A stretch of 64,000 nucleotides of DNA from an uncultured Gemmatimonadales bacterium (GCA_963741945.1 CAVUKA010000005.1:256001-320000), one strand, 5' to 3'. Positions 1 to 10,268 are shown, numbered from the stretch's first letter. Notes: generated from the sequence alone by a model not told the origin. A program made the numbers and translations.

Positions 1-229
1 GCTGCCGTTGCGGCCACGGGCGCGCTCGCGCTCGTGGCGCACGCTTCTCCGGAGGGGGCGCGGACGGTCCGCGCCCCCTCTCTCGCGTCCGAGCCGGCGC
101 CGCAGAACACTGTTGACGCCACACCTCACCCGTCCCTACTTGGAAGCACTCCCGTCCCGGCCCCTGCCCGCGCGCGCTGACGCGCCGGGCGCTCGACGGA
201 ACCCGATTCCCCCACCAACGGAGGCTCGG

Positions 230-700
230 ATGCGCGACATCAACGTCAAGCGTGTCATCGGCGGTGGACTCCTGGCGGGCCTGGTCATCAACGTCAGCGA
301 GACCATCCTCAACGTGGGGGTCCTCGGCGACCAGATGGCGGCGGCCATGGAGCGGTTGAACATCGCCATGGCACCCTGGGCCATGCCCTATTTCCTCACC
401 ATGGCCTTCCTTTTCGGCATCGGCATCGTCGGCCTCTACGCGGCCGTACGTCCACGCTTCGGCGCCGGGCCCCGGACCGCGATCGGCGTGGGCGCCGCCT
501 TCTGGATCTTCGCCACCCTCCTCCCGGGGCTGGCCAACGTGGCCATGGGGATGAGCGCGGGGTTCGAAGGCGCCACGGCGCTCACCTTCGCCTGGACCCT
601 GGTCGAGGCCATGGTGGCCGCCCTCGTCGGCGGCTGGGTCTACCAGGAAGGCGCATCCTCCGCCGCGCCCGGCCGAACGGGGGTGGCGGCCGGCTCCTGA
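230..700 (+). CDS. Hypothetical integral membrane protein (about 4 TM helices)
   Basis: ATG at 230 follows GGAGG; hydrophobic segments throughout (MRDINVKRVIGGGLLAGLVINV...). The upstream ORF extension is Arg/Pro-rich noise. Confidence 0.75.
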   Translation: MRDINVKRVIGGGLLAGLVINVSETILNVGVLGDQMAAAMERLNIAMAPWAMPYFLTMAFLFGIGIVGLYAAVRPRFGAGPRTAIGVGAAFWIFATLLPGLANVAMGMSAGFEGATALTFAWTLVEAMVAALVGGWVYQEGASSAAPGRTGVAAGS

Positions 701-759
701 GCGAGCACCGCGCGACCGGGCATACGCGTCCGACCGCCCCCCGGGCCGCATCGCCCCGC

Positions 760-960
760 AGCAGGGATCCCTGACGGCAGGGGGCCCGGACGGCGCAGGG
801 GGCCCGGGCGGCGCGGGGGCCGCCGGACGGCGCCGGGGGCCCGGGCGGCGCGGGGGCCGCCGGACGGCGCAGGGATCCCGGACGGCGCAGGGATCCCGGA
901 CGGCGCAGGGATCCCGGACGGCGCAGGGGGCCGTCGGACGGCGCAGAGATGCCGGACGGA
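760..960. repeat. Degenerate 18-20 bp tandem repeat (CGGACGGCGCAGGGATCC)
   Basis: Three perfect copies at 861-914 plus several degenerate copies on both sides; intergenic. Confidence 0.85.
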
Positions 961-1014
961 TGGGCGTCGCCGCAGGGCCGCCGTCGTTTGCCCGGGCCGC
1001 CCCCCTGCCCGAGG

Positions 1015-1198
1015 CCAGTGAACGATTTCCGGCATCTACCGCCGTCAATCGTTCACTGGACGCCCCCGGTCTCCGTCGCCTGTACGATCACCGGCACATA
1101 CCGCCGTCGATCGTTCACTGGACGCCCCGGTCTCCATCGGCTGTACGCCCTGGCCTCCATCGGCGGACGCCCCGGTCTCCATCGGCTGTACGATCACC
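1015..1198. repeat. About 62 bp tandem repeat with internal inverted repeats
   Basis: Units start at 1029 and 1091, with a partial third near 1165; perfect 13-bp inverted repeat CCAGTGAACGATT (1015-1027) / AATCGTTCACTGG (1047-1059). Confidence 0.8.
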
Positions 1199-1234
1199 CG
1201 AAGCCGGGTCTGAGACGTGGCCCGGGGCCGCGTC

Positions 1235-1690
1235 TCAGAAACGCTCCCCCTTCGCCTCCCGGAGGTGGCTCCCCACGGGGCGGATCCGCGTCCACATCGT
1301 CCAGAAATAGAAGAGCAGCCCCACCATCTGGCCCACTCCGCCGATCACGATCGCCCAGCCGAGCCACGGCCACGACAGCCACGCCCGCGCAGACTCCGTC
1401 ACCACCCGCAGACCCGTTGCCGTCACCAGGATCCAGTACGATGCCGCCGCCCGACCGGGGGTGTACCGCGTGTCTCCCTTCGCCGCCCGCGGGAAAAGCC
1501 ACAGCGCCACGCCCAGGATCAGGAACATGACGAAGCCCACCAGAACGGCGTGCACGTGGGCCGAAACCAGGTGCGGGTCCGGCCAGCGGCCCAGCAGATC
1601 CCGCTGCACCATGAGCCACACCCCCATTCCCAGCCCCAGCGCGAGGAAGACGATGCCGGTCTTGATGAACCGCCGTACGAGAGTGTACAT
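1235..1690 (-). CDS. Small 4-TM membrane protein with AHxH motif (resembles heme-copper oxidase subunit I-like fragments)
   Basis: 151 aa, four hydrophobic helices, HLVSAHVHAVLVG motif; divergent from an Rrf2 regulator. Confidence 0.6.
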   Translation of the reverse strand: MYTLVRRFIKTGIVFLALGLGMGVWLMVQRDLLGRWPDPHLVSAHVHAVLVGFVMFLILGVALWLFPRAAKGDTRYTPGRAAASYWILVTATGLRVVTESARAWLSWPWLGWAIVIGGVGQMVGLLFYFWTMWTRIRPVGSHLREAKGERF

Positions 1691-1761
1691 GGTGAGACAC
1701 GGAGGTGCGGGTTATTTTACGTCACCACTCTATGACAAATCCCCCCGGAATGGGAGGGGCG

Positions 1762-2211
1762 ATGCTGTCCAATACGGCGGAGTACGCACTGCGCGCCATG
1801 ATCTACCTCGGTGAGCGGGAAGGTGGCGAGCGGGTGCGGGTCGAGGAGATATCGGACGCGCTGGATGTGCCGCGCAATTACCTGTCGAAAATCCTGCACG
1901 CGCTGGTGAAGGAGGGTGTGCTGCGGTCGGTGCGGGGGCCACGCGGCGGGTTCGAGCTGGCTGTGCCCGCGGCAACGGTGTCGCTGTATGACGTCGTGCA
2001 GCCGTTCCAGGACATCGAGGCGCGCCAGACGTGCCTGCTGGGACGGAAGGAGTGCAGCGACCGCAATCCATGCTCGGTGCACCACAGGTGGCGGGACACG
2101 GCCACGCATGTGGCGGCGTTCTTCCGGGAGACGAAGCTGGCGGACGTGGTGGAGGACGCGACGCGACTCGGGGGCGTGATGGGTCGGGGGAGCGCAGCGC
2201 CCGCCGGGTGA
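1762..2211 (+). CDS. Rrf2 family transcriptional regulator, probably Fe-S binding
   Basis: MLSNTAEYALRA start, YLSKIL...SVRGPRGGF winged helix, C-x6-C-x5-C-x2-H cluster motif; GGAGG RBS. Confidence 0.92.
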   Translation: MLSNTAEYALRAMIYLGEREGGERVRVEEISDALDVPRNYLSKILHALVKEGVLRSVRGPRGGFELAVPAATVSLYDVVQPFQDIEARQTCLLGRKECSDRNPCSVHHRWRDTATHVAAFFRETKLADVVEDATRLGGVMGRGSAAPAG

Positions 2212-2324
2212 CACGCGCCGGAGCTCCGCGGATGGACCGTCAGGAAATCAAGGATTCCCCCACAGACGGATCGGCGGCCCGGTCGTAGGCTCAGATTTCC
2301 ACGCACAGCGACCGGAGCGCCGAC

Positions 2325-2777
2325 ATGGATGAGAAGGAATTCACGCTGACGCTGAATCTGGAAGAGGGCTTCAAGTTCGACACGGAGTTCGACGGGGAGA
2401 AGATGGCGAACCTCCTCTTCGACGAGCCTTCGCCCCTGGGCGAGGACGAAGGGCCCAACGCGGCACGGGTCCTCGGGGCGGCGGTGGGCAACTGCCTGAG
2501 CGCGAGCCTCCTGTTCTGTCTCAAGAAGGCACGCGTGGACGTGGAGGGGATGCGCACTGAAGTGAAGGGCCGGATCGTGCGGAACGAGAAGGGCCGCTTT
2601 CGGCTGGAGAACATCAGCACGCGTCTCATCACCGCGGTGCCCCCCGAGCAGCAGGAGCGGGTCGGCCGCTGCCTGGCCGTGTTCGAGGACTTCTGCATCG
2701 TGAGCGCGAGCGTGCGCCAGGGCATCGAGATCGACGTGGAAGTCGATGTGGTGAATCCGGCCCCCTCGGACGCCTGA
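2325..2777 (+). CDS. OsmC family protein
   Basis: DEPSPLGEDEGPNA...AAVGNCL and FEDFCIVSAS (two conserved Cys). Confidence 0.85.
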   Translation: MDEKEFTLTLNLEEGFKFDTEFDGEKMANLLFDEPSPLGEDEGPNAARVLGAAVGNCLSASLLFCLKKARVDVEGMRTEVKGRIVRNEKGRFRLENISTRLITAVPPEQQERVGRCLAVFEDFCIVSASVRQGIEIDVEVDVVNPAPSDA

Positions 2778-2815
2778 ACGAGAAGCGCTCCGGCTGGGGC
2801 GCGGCCACCTCATCC

Positions 2816-2925
2816 AGTCAGCCGGCCGCGCGGACACCGCGTCCGGTCAGCCGGCCGGGCGGGCACCGCGTCCGAGCCGGTCGGGCGGCCATCTCGTCCG
2901 GTCAGCCGGCCGCGCGGGCGCCCTC
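2816..2925. repeat. About 29 bp degenerate tandem copies of the ppa 3' end
   Basis: GTCAGCCGGCCGnGCGGnCnCC occurs 3-4 times; the last copy contains the ppa stop codon. Confidence 0.6.
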
Positions 2926-3441
2926 TTCCTCGTAGCGCTGAATGGCGCGTCGGATGGCGACGTATGCCGCCTCTCGCCCGTGCCATCCACCCGTGGTGGT
3001 TTCCTTCCCCTCGAGCTCCTTGTAGACGGCGAAGAAATGGTCGATCTCCCGCAGCGTGTGCGGCGAGACATCGTCCAGGTCGTGGTACTCCTCCATGAAC
3101 GGATCGGAGACGGGAACGGCGAGGACCTTGTTGTCACGCCCCTTCTCGTCTCGCATCTCGAACATCCCCAGCGGCCGCACTTCCATCAGGCAGCCCGGGA
3201 ACGTGGGGGCGGTGATGAGGATCAGCACGTCCAGGGGGTCGCCATCCTCCGCCAGTGTGCGAGGCACGAACCCGTAATCGCCCGGATAGTGGACGGCGCT
3301 GTACAGGAGCCGATCGAACCGGAGCAATCCGGTGTACTCGTCCACTTCGTACTTGTTGCGGGAGCCACGCGGAATCTCCACGTAAGCGTTCACCCGCCCG
3401 GGCACGTCCGGCCCGGAGTCCAGATCGTGGATCGGGTGCAT
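2902..3441 (-). CDS. ppa: Inorganic pyrophosphatase (family I)
   Basis: EIPRGSRNKYE, YPGDYGFVPRTLAEDGDPLDVL, FFAVYKELEGK. Confidence 0.95.
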   Translation of the reverse strand: MHPIHDLDSGPDVPGRVNAYVEIPRGSRNKYEVDEYTGLLRFDRLLYSAVHYPGDYGFVPRTLAEDGDPLDVLILITAPTFPGCLMEVRPLGMFEMRDEKGRDNKVLAVPVSDPFMEEYHDLDDVSPHTLREIDHFFAVYKELEGKETTTGGWHGREAAYVAIRRAIQRYEEEGARAAG

Positions 3442-3445
3442 GCGC

Positions 3446-4096
3446 TCACATGACCCGTCGGAGCGCCTGCGTGGCGGCCGCCGTCACCGCGCCATACACG
3501 AGATGCGCGCCCAGAGCGGTTGCGTGCTCCTGCCATCGGTGCGCCGTGGGGCCTTCCGACAGGCCGAGCAGCGGCACCATCACTTCGTCGCCGAGGACCC
3601 AGGCGGCCGTGCCATAGCCCAACCCGCCCGTGAGGTCGGGCAGCTCCGCCTCCGGCCGCAACGCGCCGTAGACTCCGCCCAGGAGAATTCCGTAGCCCCA
3701 GTGGACCGCCTGTCCCAGCTTCTGGCGCGTCGCCTCGTCCGGATCGTGGCCCACCATCGTGTCGTACGCGATCCGGCCCACGGCCTCCGTCGCGTTCTCG
3801 TCCTCGCGCGCGGCATGGCCCACCGCGGAGATGTCGTCCAGCGCGTGGATCCGCTCGATCGGCCCTTCATCCCGCGCAGCCTCGCCCGCCTGCCCGTCCT
3901 CGCCAGTGCGTCCATGCTCGGCGCCCTGCCCAGACTCGGCGCCCCGCCCGTCCTCGCCCTGGCTGTCCCGGCCATCCGAGGCGGCGCTGAGCTTCGCGGT
4001 CGCGCGGAAGAACAGGCCCATGGCCGCTATCCCCGCAATGCTTCCGACCGCGCCGCGCAGCAATCCGTTCACGTGCTCCCGATCCATGATGTCCAT
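3446..4096 (-). CDS. DUF1440-like membrane protein
   Basis: GQAVHWGYG...GGVYG and AHLVYG motifs; ends 4 bp before the ppa start. Confidence 0.7.
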   Translation of the reverse strand: MDIMDREHVNGLLRGAVGSIAGIAAMGLFFRATAKLSAASDGRDSQGEDGRGAESGQGAEHGRTGEDGQAGEAARDEGPIERIHALDDISAVGHAAREDENATEAVGRIAYDTMVGHDPDEATRQKLGQAVHWGYGILLGGVYGALRPEAELPDLTGGLGYGTAAWVLGDEVMVPLLGLSEGPTAHRWQEHATALGAHLVYGAVTAAATQALRRVM

Positions 4097-4207
4097 ACGA
4101 CCGTGCTCCCTCCGGTAGCGTGGCGACTGGTCTCGCGGACGGAAGGGATTGGATAATCCGTGCCAGGGGGCTCGGCGCCGGCGAGGCCGCGGAGCCGAGC
4201 CCGCCGC

Positions 4208-6442
4208 TCACACTGCCAGCCTCCAGACCTGCGCCACCAGGAAACACACCACGAACCCCATGATGAGCGGCATGAACGTGGCCACGGCCGTCCACCTGGC
4301 GCTCCCCGTCTCACGGTAGATCGTGTAGATCGTGGTGGAGCACGGGTTGTGGAGGAGGCTGAAGAGCATCAGGCAGACGCCGGTCAGGATCGTCCAGCCA
4401 CCGGCGTGGAGCAGGCCCCCGATGGCCATGCTCGAGCCGGGGTCGAACATCACGCCGGCCCCCTGCCCCGCCCCGGCGATTCCGGCCGTCATCACCGTGA
4501 GCATGAGCACGGTGGGGATCACGATCTCGTTCGCCGGGATCGCCACCACGTACGCCAGGAGCACGACGCCGTTTAGGCCGATGAGCACGCCGAGCGGGTG
4601 CAGCGCGCTGATGGCGTGCTCGGCCAGACTGCTGTCGCCCAGGTGGATATTGGCGATGAGCCAGATCGCGGCGCCGGCGGGCATGGCGAAGACCACGGCC
4701 CGCCAGAGCACGATCAGGGTCCGATCGATGATCGACCTGTAGAGTGTCTGCAGGATCCGCGGGGGCCGATAGGGCGGCAGCTCCAGGCTGAACGTGGTGG
4801 CCTCCCCGCGAAGCACCGTGTTGGACAGGAGCCAGGACGAGAAGAACATGAACATCACGCCCAGCAGCGCGATTCCCACAACCGCGCTGGCCGAGATGAT
4901 CCCCGCCCAGCCGGCGGGCGCGAGCGCCCCGATGAAGATGGTGGCGATCAGGATCTGCGTGGGCCAGCGGCCGTTGCACAGGGAGAAGTTGTTGGTGATG
5001 ATGGCGATCAGCCGCTCCCGGGGGCTATCGATGACCCGCGTGGCCACCACTCCGGCCGCGTTGCAGCCGAATCCCATGGCCATGGTGAGCGCCTGCTTCC
5101 CGTGCGCCCCCGCCTTCCGGAAGAGGGAATCCAGGTTGAACGCCACGCGAGGCAGGTAGCCGAAATCCTCCAGCAGCGTGAACAGCGGGAAGAAGATGGC
5201 CATGGGCGGAAGCATGACGCTGACCACCCACGCGGTGGAAAGGTAGACGCCGTCAATGAGAAATCCGGCGAGCCACCCGGGCGCGCCGACGCCCGACGCC
5301 AGGCCGTGGAGCCACGGCACCGCACTGTCGATGAGCACGCTCGCGAGGAACTGCGACGGCACGTTGGCCCCCGAGATCGTGATCCAGAACACGACGGCCA
5401 GGACCGCGAGCATGATGGGAAAGCCGAACAGACGGCTCGTGAGAATGGAGTCCAGCTTCCGGTCCAGCTCGAAGCCCGCCCGCTTGATCCCGCGGGTCTG
5501 CGCACCCCGCGCGATGCGCTCCGCCTGGCCGTAGAGCCGCTCCATCAGCGCGTCGTGGAAGTCGGGGCGCAGCTTCCAGCGCACTCGCGAGGCCGTGGTC
5601 AGAATCGCTTCGACGGCTGCGGGGTCCGGCGGGCTCCCCGGCCCGGCGTCGCCCGCATCGATTCCCCCGCCCAGCACACCGAGCTCGCCTGCCCGCACCG
5701 CGTCGCGCACGGCATCATCCGCGTTCAGCAGGCGCAGCGCCACCCAGCGCGCGTTGGCGACGCCCGGGTACGCGCGCTCGACGGCGGGAACCAGCTCGGC
5801 CACCGCTTCCTCCACTTCCGGCGCGTGCCGCGTCAGCCGGAACGGCGACGTGGTCCGGGCACCGGACGCCACCTCCTCGATCGCGCCCAGCAGCTCGTCC
5901 ATGCCCTGGTTCTTCCGGGCGACCGCCGCCACCACGGGGACGCCCAGCTCCTCTTCCAGGCGAACGGGATCGATCAGCATGCCATGACGCCTGGCCTCGT
6001 CCACCAGGTTCAGGCACACCACCACGCGCTCCGTGATCTCCAGGACCTGCAGCACCAGGTTCAGGTTGCGCTCGAGGTGCGTCGCGTCGACCACCACCAC
6101 CGTCACATCGGGGCGCCCGAACACGATGAAGTCCCGCGCCACCTCCTCATCCGTGCTGCCCGCCTGCAGCGAATAGGTCCCGGGCAGGTCCACCACCTTC
6201 ACGCGCTTCCCCCGGTGCGCGAACGCACCCTCCGCCCGCGCCACCGTCTTCCCCGGCCAGTTCCCCGTGTGCTGCCGCAGACCCGTCAACGCGTTGAAGA
6301 CCGTGGTCTTCCCCACGTTCGGATTCCCCGCCAGCGCCACCAGGTAATCCCAGCGGTCCGGGCTCAGCCCCAGGCGCACCAGCTGCTGGCGACGCTGCCC
6401 GTCGCCGACTCCCCCCGGCGCCCGCTCCACCCGCGTCGCCAT
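4208..6442 (-). CDS. feoB: Ferrous iron transport protein B
   Basis: [28 protein letters not shown] GTPase motifs; [13 protein letters not shown] and ELPPY membrane-domain motifs. Confidence 0.96.
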   Translation of the reverse strand: MATRVERAPGGVGDGQRRQQLVRLGLSPDRWDYLVALAGNPNVGKTTVFNALTGLRQHTGNWPGKTVARAEGAFAHRGKRVKVVDLPGTYSLQAGSTDEEVARDFIVFGRPDVTVVVVDATHLERNLNLVLQVLEITERVVVCLNLVDEARRHGMLIDPVRLEEELGVPVVAAVARKNQGMDELLGAIEEVASGARTTSPFRLTRHAPEVEEAVAELVPAVERAYPGVANARWVALRLLNADDAVRDAVRAGELGVLGGGIDAGDAGPGSPPDPAAVEAILTTASRVRWKLRPDFHDALMERLYGQAERIARGAQTRGIKRAGFELDRKLDSILTSRLFGFPIMLAVLAVVFWITISGANVPSQFLASVLIDSAVPWLHGLASGVGAPGWLAGFLIDGVYLSTAWVVSVMLPPMAIFFPLFTLLEDFGYLPRVAFNLDSLFRKAGAHGKQALTMAMGFGCNAAGVVATRVIDSPRERLIAIITNNFSLCNGRWPTQILIATIFIGALAPAGWAGIISASAVVGIALLGVMFMFFSSWLLSNTVLRGEATTFSLELPPYRPPRILQTLYRSIIDRTLIVLWRAVVFAMPAGAAIWLIANIHLGDSSLAEHAISALHPLGVLIGLNGVVLLAYVVAIPANEIVIPTVLMLTVMTAGIAGAGQGAGVMFDPGSSMAIGGLLHAGGWTILTGVCLMLFSLLHNPCSTTIYTIYRETGSARWTAVATFMPLIMGFVVCFLVAQVWRLAV

Positions 6443-7512
6443 CAGCTCGCTTCCTCCAGCTCCGCCGCCTCAGACGGCTCCGCCCGCGTCACGCCGATCA
6501 GCCGCGCCTGCTCCCGCCGCAGCGCGATCAGCGCCCCCCGGACCCGGTACGCCACCGGGTCGCCCGACGTGCTCACCAGCTCCGGGACCACCAGCGTCCC
6601 GGGGACCACCCCGAGATCCAGCAGCCGCCGGCGCTGCGGGCCCTGGCACGAAGGCGAGATCCCCGTCACGCGCACGCTCTCGCCCGGCTCCGCGTCCGCC
6701 AGCGTCGCGCCCCCCGACGGCGCTCCCGCCCCGGGCGGGAGCGGCACCACCGTCACGTTCGCCGCATCCACGGCGCGGAGCTCCAGATCACTTCCGTTGG
6801 CCCGGACCGATACGGCGCCAACCTCGCCGCGCCCGCCCGTCGCCCGCAGAACCTCGATGGCCGTACCCGGCGCCAGCCCCGCTCCGGCCAGCCGCGCATA
6901 GATCTCCGGCGGCTCGTCCTCGATGTGTCGGATCACCACCGCCTGCCCCTCTTCCACCCGCGTCAACGGCATCCCCTCCGGCGCCGGGATCTCGCCGGCC
7001 GCCGTCGGGATCGGGTCCCCGTGCGGATCGTACCTCGGATGACCGAGTCGCGAAGCGAGCTGCTCCGCCTCCGCCTCCGTCAGCACGTGCTCCACCCGCT
7101 CCGCTTCCGTGTGCCACTCCCCCGGCGGCACTCCCGTCCGGTCCGCCAGGTACCGCTCCCAGAGACGGTGCGTCCGCACGATCCGCAGCGCGTACACCCG
7201 CCCATCCTCCGTCAGCCCGAACCCGGATGCCCGCGACTCCGCCAGTCCATGCTCGGCCAGCCGCGTCAGCACGTCCGATCCGTCGCCCCGCGTCACCTCC
7301 AGACGTCCCGCCAGATTCTCCAGCGTGCACGCACGTCCGCTCCGCTCGCATTCCAGCAGATGCTTCAGCGCGTCCTCCAGCCGCACCCGCTCGCTCTCGC
7401 GTCGCATGCGCGACAGCCGTGGCACCATCCCCGACCGCGGCCAGAACGCCACGGCCAGCAGCACCACCACGACTGCGAATATGATCAGGCTCAACCCCGG
7501 ATCTGGCGTCAC
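6442..7512 (-). CDS. Membrane-anchored DtxR/MntR-family protein with two C-terminal SH3/FeoA domains
   Basis: GTG at 7512 with GGAGG RBS; N-terminal TM helix; [23 protein letters not shown]; terminal FeoA domain ([10 protein letters not shown]...[10 protein letters not shown]...IALRREQA); TGATG overlap with feoB. Confidence 0.88.
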   Translation of the reverse strand: MTPDPGLSLIIFAVVVVLLAVAFWPRSGMVPRLSRMRRESERVRLEDALKHLLECERSGRACTLENLAGRLEVTRGDGSDVLTRLAEHGLAESRASGFGLTEDGRVYALRIVRTHRLWERYLADRTGVPPGEWHTEAERVEHVLTEAEAEQLASRLGHPRYDPHGDPIPTAAGEIPAPEGMPLTRVEEGQAVVIRHIEDEPPEIYARLAGAGLAPGTAIEVLRATGGRGEVGAVSVRANGSDLELRAVDAANVTVVPLPPGAGAPSGGATLADAEPGESVRVTGISPSCQGPQRRRLLDLGVVPGTLVVPELVSTSGDPVAYRVRGALIALRREQARLIGVTRAEPSEAAELEEAS

Positions 7513-7522
7513 GCGCCCTCCA

Positions 7523-7541
7523 TTTTTAGGCAAGCCTAACA
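7523..7541. promoter_or_regulatory. DtxR/MntR/SirR-type operator TTAGGCAAGCCTAA
   Basis: Palindrome at 7526-7539 resembling the TTAGG(T/C)nn(A/G)CCTAA boxes, directly upstream of the RBS of the DtxR-FeoA/feoB operon. Confidence 0.8.
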
Positions 7542-7720
7542 TATTCAGGACATTCAGGTCCGTCAACCCCCCGCAGCAGCCCGCGGAGGCGGGGATGGGC
7601 GGACCGGGGCGTCGCAGGCGGCGGGGCTCGACGCGCCATTGACCGTGCGGCGGCCTGTTCTTGCCGATACCTTGCGAGCGGAGCGCAGAGTGAACCGCGG
7701 GATCATCGGCTGGAGGGCGC

Positions 7721-9976
7721 ATGGTGAGGAGAACGAGTCTGGCGCTGGGACTGGGACTGCTGCTGGTGGCGGGCGGTGTGCGGGCGCAGGAGCAGGAGCG
7801 GATCGGGAGCGTGCGGGAAGCACTGATGATCTCGAGCCGGCTGTCGGGCGCCGGCGGTCCGCAGAGCCTGAACTGGATCGACAGCGGGAATCGGTTCGTG
7901 TTCGCGCGGCGGGGGCAGGCGCCGACGCCCGAGGTGCGGGTGTACGATCCGAAGTCACTGACGGACCAGGAGCTGTTCGACCCGCGGAAGCTGACGCTGC
8001 CGGGCACGGCGGAGCCCATCAGCTATCGCAGCTTCCAGATCTCGCAGGATTCGAGGCACCTGGTGTTCCAGGTCAACTTCCGGCCGATCTACCGGCGTTC
8101 CGGGCTGGCGGACTTCTACCTCTACACGCTGTCGGACGGAACGCTGCAGCTGGGGGTGAAGGACGCGCGGACGGCGGACCTGTCGCCGGACGGGAAGCTG
8201 CTGGGGTTCGAGCGTGGGGGGAACATCTACGTGCGGAACCTGGCGAAGGACACGTCGGAGCAGCTCACCGACGTGGACGGGGACAGCATCTTCAATGGCG
8301 TGTTCGACTGGGTGTACGAGGAGGAGTTCGGGTTCGCGCAGGCGTGGAAGTGGAGTCCGGACAGCAAGCGGATCGCGTTCTGGCAGACGGACGAGCGCGG
8401 CGTTCCGGTGATCCAGCTGACGGACTGGTCGGGTGAGTACCCGAGCTGGTTCAAGATCAACTACCCGAAAGTGGGCGCGCACAACCCGCAGGTGAAGATC
8501 GGGGTGCTGGACGTGGCCACGGGCGAGCAGCGGTGGATGGACGTGGGGGTGCCGGAGGAGCATTACATCCCCCGGATCTACTGGACGAGCGACCCCAACA
8601 CGCTGGCCGTGGTCGTGCTCAACCGCGCGCAGAACCACCTGCAGCTCTTCTTCTTCGACGTGCGCACGGGCGCGAAGCGCCTGGTGATGGAGGAGCGCTC
8701 CGACGCGTGGATCGACGTGTACGACTTCTTCGCCCAGGTGGACGACTACTTCTACTTCCCCGAGGGCGTCCGCGAGTTCTTCTGGGTGAGCGACCGCGAC
8801 GGCCACAACCACGTGTACCGCTACAGCTACGACGGAAGGCTGCTGAACCAGGTGACGAAGGGGAGCTGGGTGGTGACGCGCGTGGAGGGGATCGACGCGA
8901 AAGCGAAGACCATCTATTACACGTCCACGGAAGCGGGTCCGCTGCAGCGGCAGCTGTACGCCATCGGGTTCGACGGTCGAAACGCGCGCCGGATCACGAA
9001 GGCGGAGGGCACGCACAACGTCGACATGGGCCCGAACGCCGCCTATTTCGTGGACAGCTGGTCGAACACGAAGACGCCCCGGCAGATCGAGCTGTGGTCG
9101 GTGGCCGGCGGTGGGAAGATGCTGAAGAAGCTGGAGGACAACGCGGGTGTTCGGGAGTACGTGGCGTCGCATGCATACTCGCCGCTGGAGCTGTTCAGCT
9201 TCACCACCTCCGACGGCCAGCGGCTGGACGGCTCCATGATCAAGCCGCCGGACTTCGACCCGTCGAGGAAGTACCCGGTGCTGCTCTCCATCTACGGCGG
9301 GCCGGGCTCGCAGGAGGTCTACAACGCGTGGACCAGCAACGGCTGGCAGCAGTACCTGGCGCAGCACGGCTACATCGTGGTGGGTCTGAACAACCGCGGG
9401 TCCGGCAACTACGGCCGTGACTTCATGGAGATCGTCTACGGCGAGCTCGGGAAGTGGGAGGCGAAGGACTTCGCCGAGGTGGGCCGCTGGCTCGCGTCGC
9501 AGCCGTACGTGGACGGCGGCCGGATGGCGATCCAGGGGACGAGCTACGGCGGCTTCATGACCCTGGCCACGCTGCTGCGCCACCCGGACGTGTTCACCCT
9601 CGGGCTGTCCAACTCCCCCGTCACCGACTGGCGGCTGTACGACTCCATCTACACGGAGCGCTACATGGGGCTGCTGGCGCAGAACGAGGATGGCTACGAG
9701 CGCACGTCGCTCATCCCGCGCGCCGACCAGCTCCAGGCCCACCTGCTCCTGGTGCACTCCGGGATGGACGAGAACGTGCACCCGCAGAACACCATGCAGA
9801 TGCTGACCGCGCTCGCGAAGGCGGGCAAGGACACGGACCTGCGCTTCTTCCCGCCGGGCGCCCATGGCGCCGCGTTCGACCTGGCCAGCTACGTGACCAT
9901 GACCGAGGTGTACACGAACGAGCTGTGCGAGCACGTCGCGCTGAGCTGCGTCCCCGATGACCTGAACAAGGACTGA
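7721..9976 (+). CDS. S9B family dipeptidyl peptidase IV, secreted
   Basis: Signal peptide; DWVYEEEF; GTSYGG nucleophile elbow; DENVH and GAH catalytic residues. Confidence 0.93.
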   Translation: MVRRTSLALGLGLLLVAGGVRAQEQERIGSVREALMISSRLSGAGGPQSLNWIDSGNRFVFARRGQAPTPEVRVYDPKSLTDQELFDPRKLTLPGTAEPISYRSFQISQDSRHLVFQVNFRPIYRRSGLADFYLYTLSDGTLQLGVKDARTADLSPDGKLLGFERGGNIYVRNLAKDTSEQLTDVDGDSIFNGVFDWVYEEEFGFAQAWKWSPDSKRIAFWQTDERGVPVIQLTDWSGEYPSWFKINYPKVGAHNPQVKIGVLDVATGEQRWMDVGVPEEHYIPRIYWTSDPNTLAVVVLNRAQNHLQLFFFDVRTGAKRLVMEERSDAWIDVYDFFAQVDDYFYFPEGVREFFWVSDRDGHNHVYRYSYDGRLLNQVTKGSWVVTRVEGIDAKAKTIYYTSTEAGPLQRQLYAIGFDGRNARRITKAEGTHNVDMGPNAAYFVDSWSNTKTPRQIELWSVAGGGKMLKKLEDNAGVREYVASHAYSPLELFSFTTSDGQRLDGSMIKPPDFDPSRKYPVLLSIYGGPGSQEVYNAWTSNGWQQYLAQHGYIVVGLNNRGSGNYGRDFMEIVYGELGKWEAKDFAEVGRWLASQPYVDGGRMAIQGTSYGGFMTLATLLRHPDVFTLGLSNSPVTDWRLYDSIYTERYMGLLAQNEDGYERTSLIPRADQLQAHLLLVHSGMDENVHPQNTMQMLTALAKAGKDTDLRFFPPGAHGAAFDLASYVTMTEVYTNELCEHVALSCVPDDLNKD

Positions 9977-10039
9977 GGCGCGGAGGATACGGAAGCCGCG
10001 GAGGCCCGCGGAGGATACGGAGGCGCGGAGAACAGCGTT

Positions 10040-10268
10040 TCACGCGGAGACGCGAAGATCGCGGCGGGGGCTGGGCGGGGTACCCGGCTGGGGCAGGGGA
10101 TCCGGGCCGTGGCAGCATACCCGGGCGAAACCGAAATTTCGTCGTGGCGTCATGGGCATGGGAGCGGACCTGCCCCGGCAGCCCGCGCCCCCCGACTTCG
10201 CGTTCTTCGCGTCTCCGCGTGACATTGAAGTCTTCGCGTCCTTCGCCACCTTCGCGTCCTTCGCGTGA
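10040..10268. repeat. Inverted-repeat element, CACGCGGAGnCGCGAAG family
   Basis: Perfect 19-bp inverted repeat TCACGCGGAGACGCGAAGA (10040-10058) / 10204-10222, followed by TTCGCGTCC repeats. Confidence 0.7.

Noticed and set aside
1029-1198. Possible CRISPR array (about 62-bp period)
   Set aside because: The would-be spacers are near-identical and there are fewer than three full units.
4598-6901. Long antisense ORFs (also 7955-9934, 10150-12513, 49378-51855 and others)
   Set aside because: Shadow frames of well-supported genes, expected at high GC; no recognisable motifs.
7513-8019. N-terminal extension of the DtxR-FeoA ORF
   Set aside because: Overlaps the divergent peptidase and the operator; a good RBS and GTG lie at 7512.
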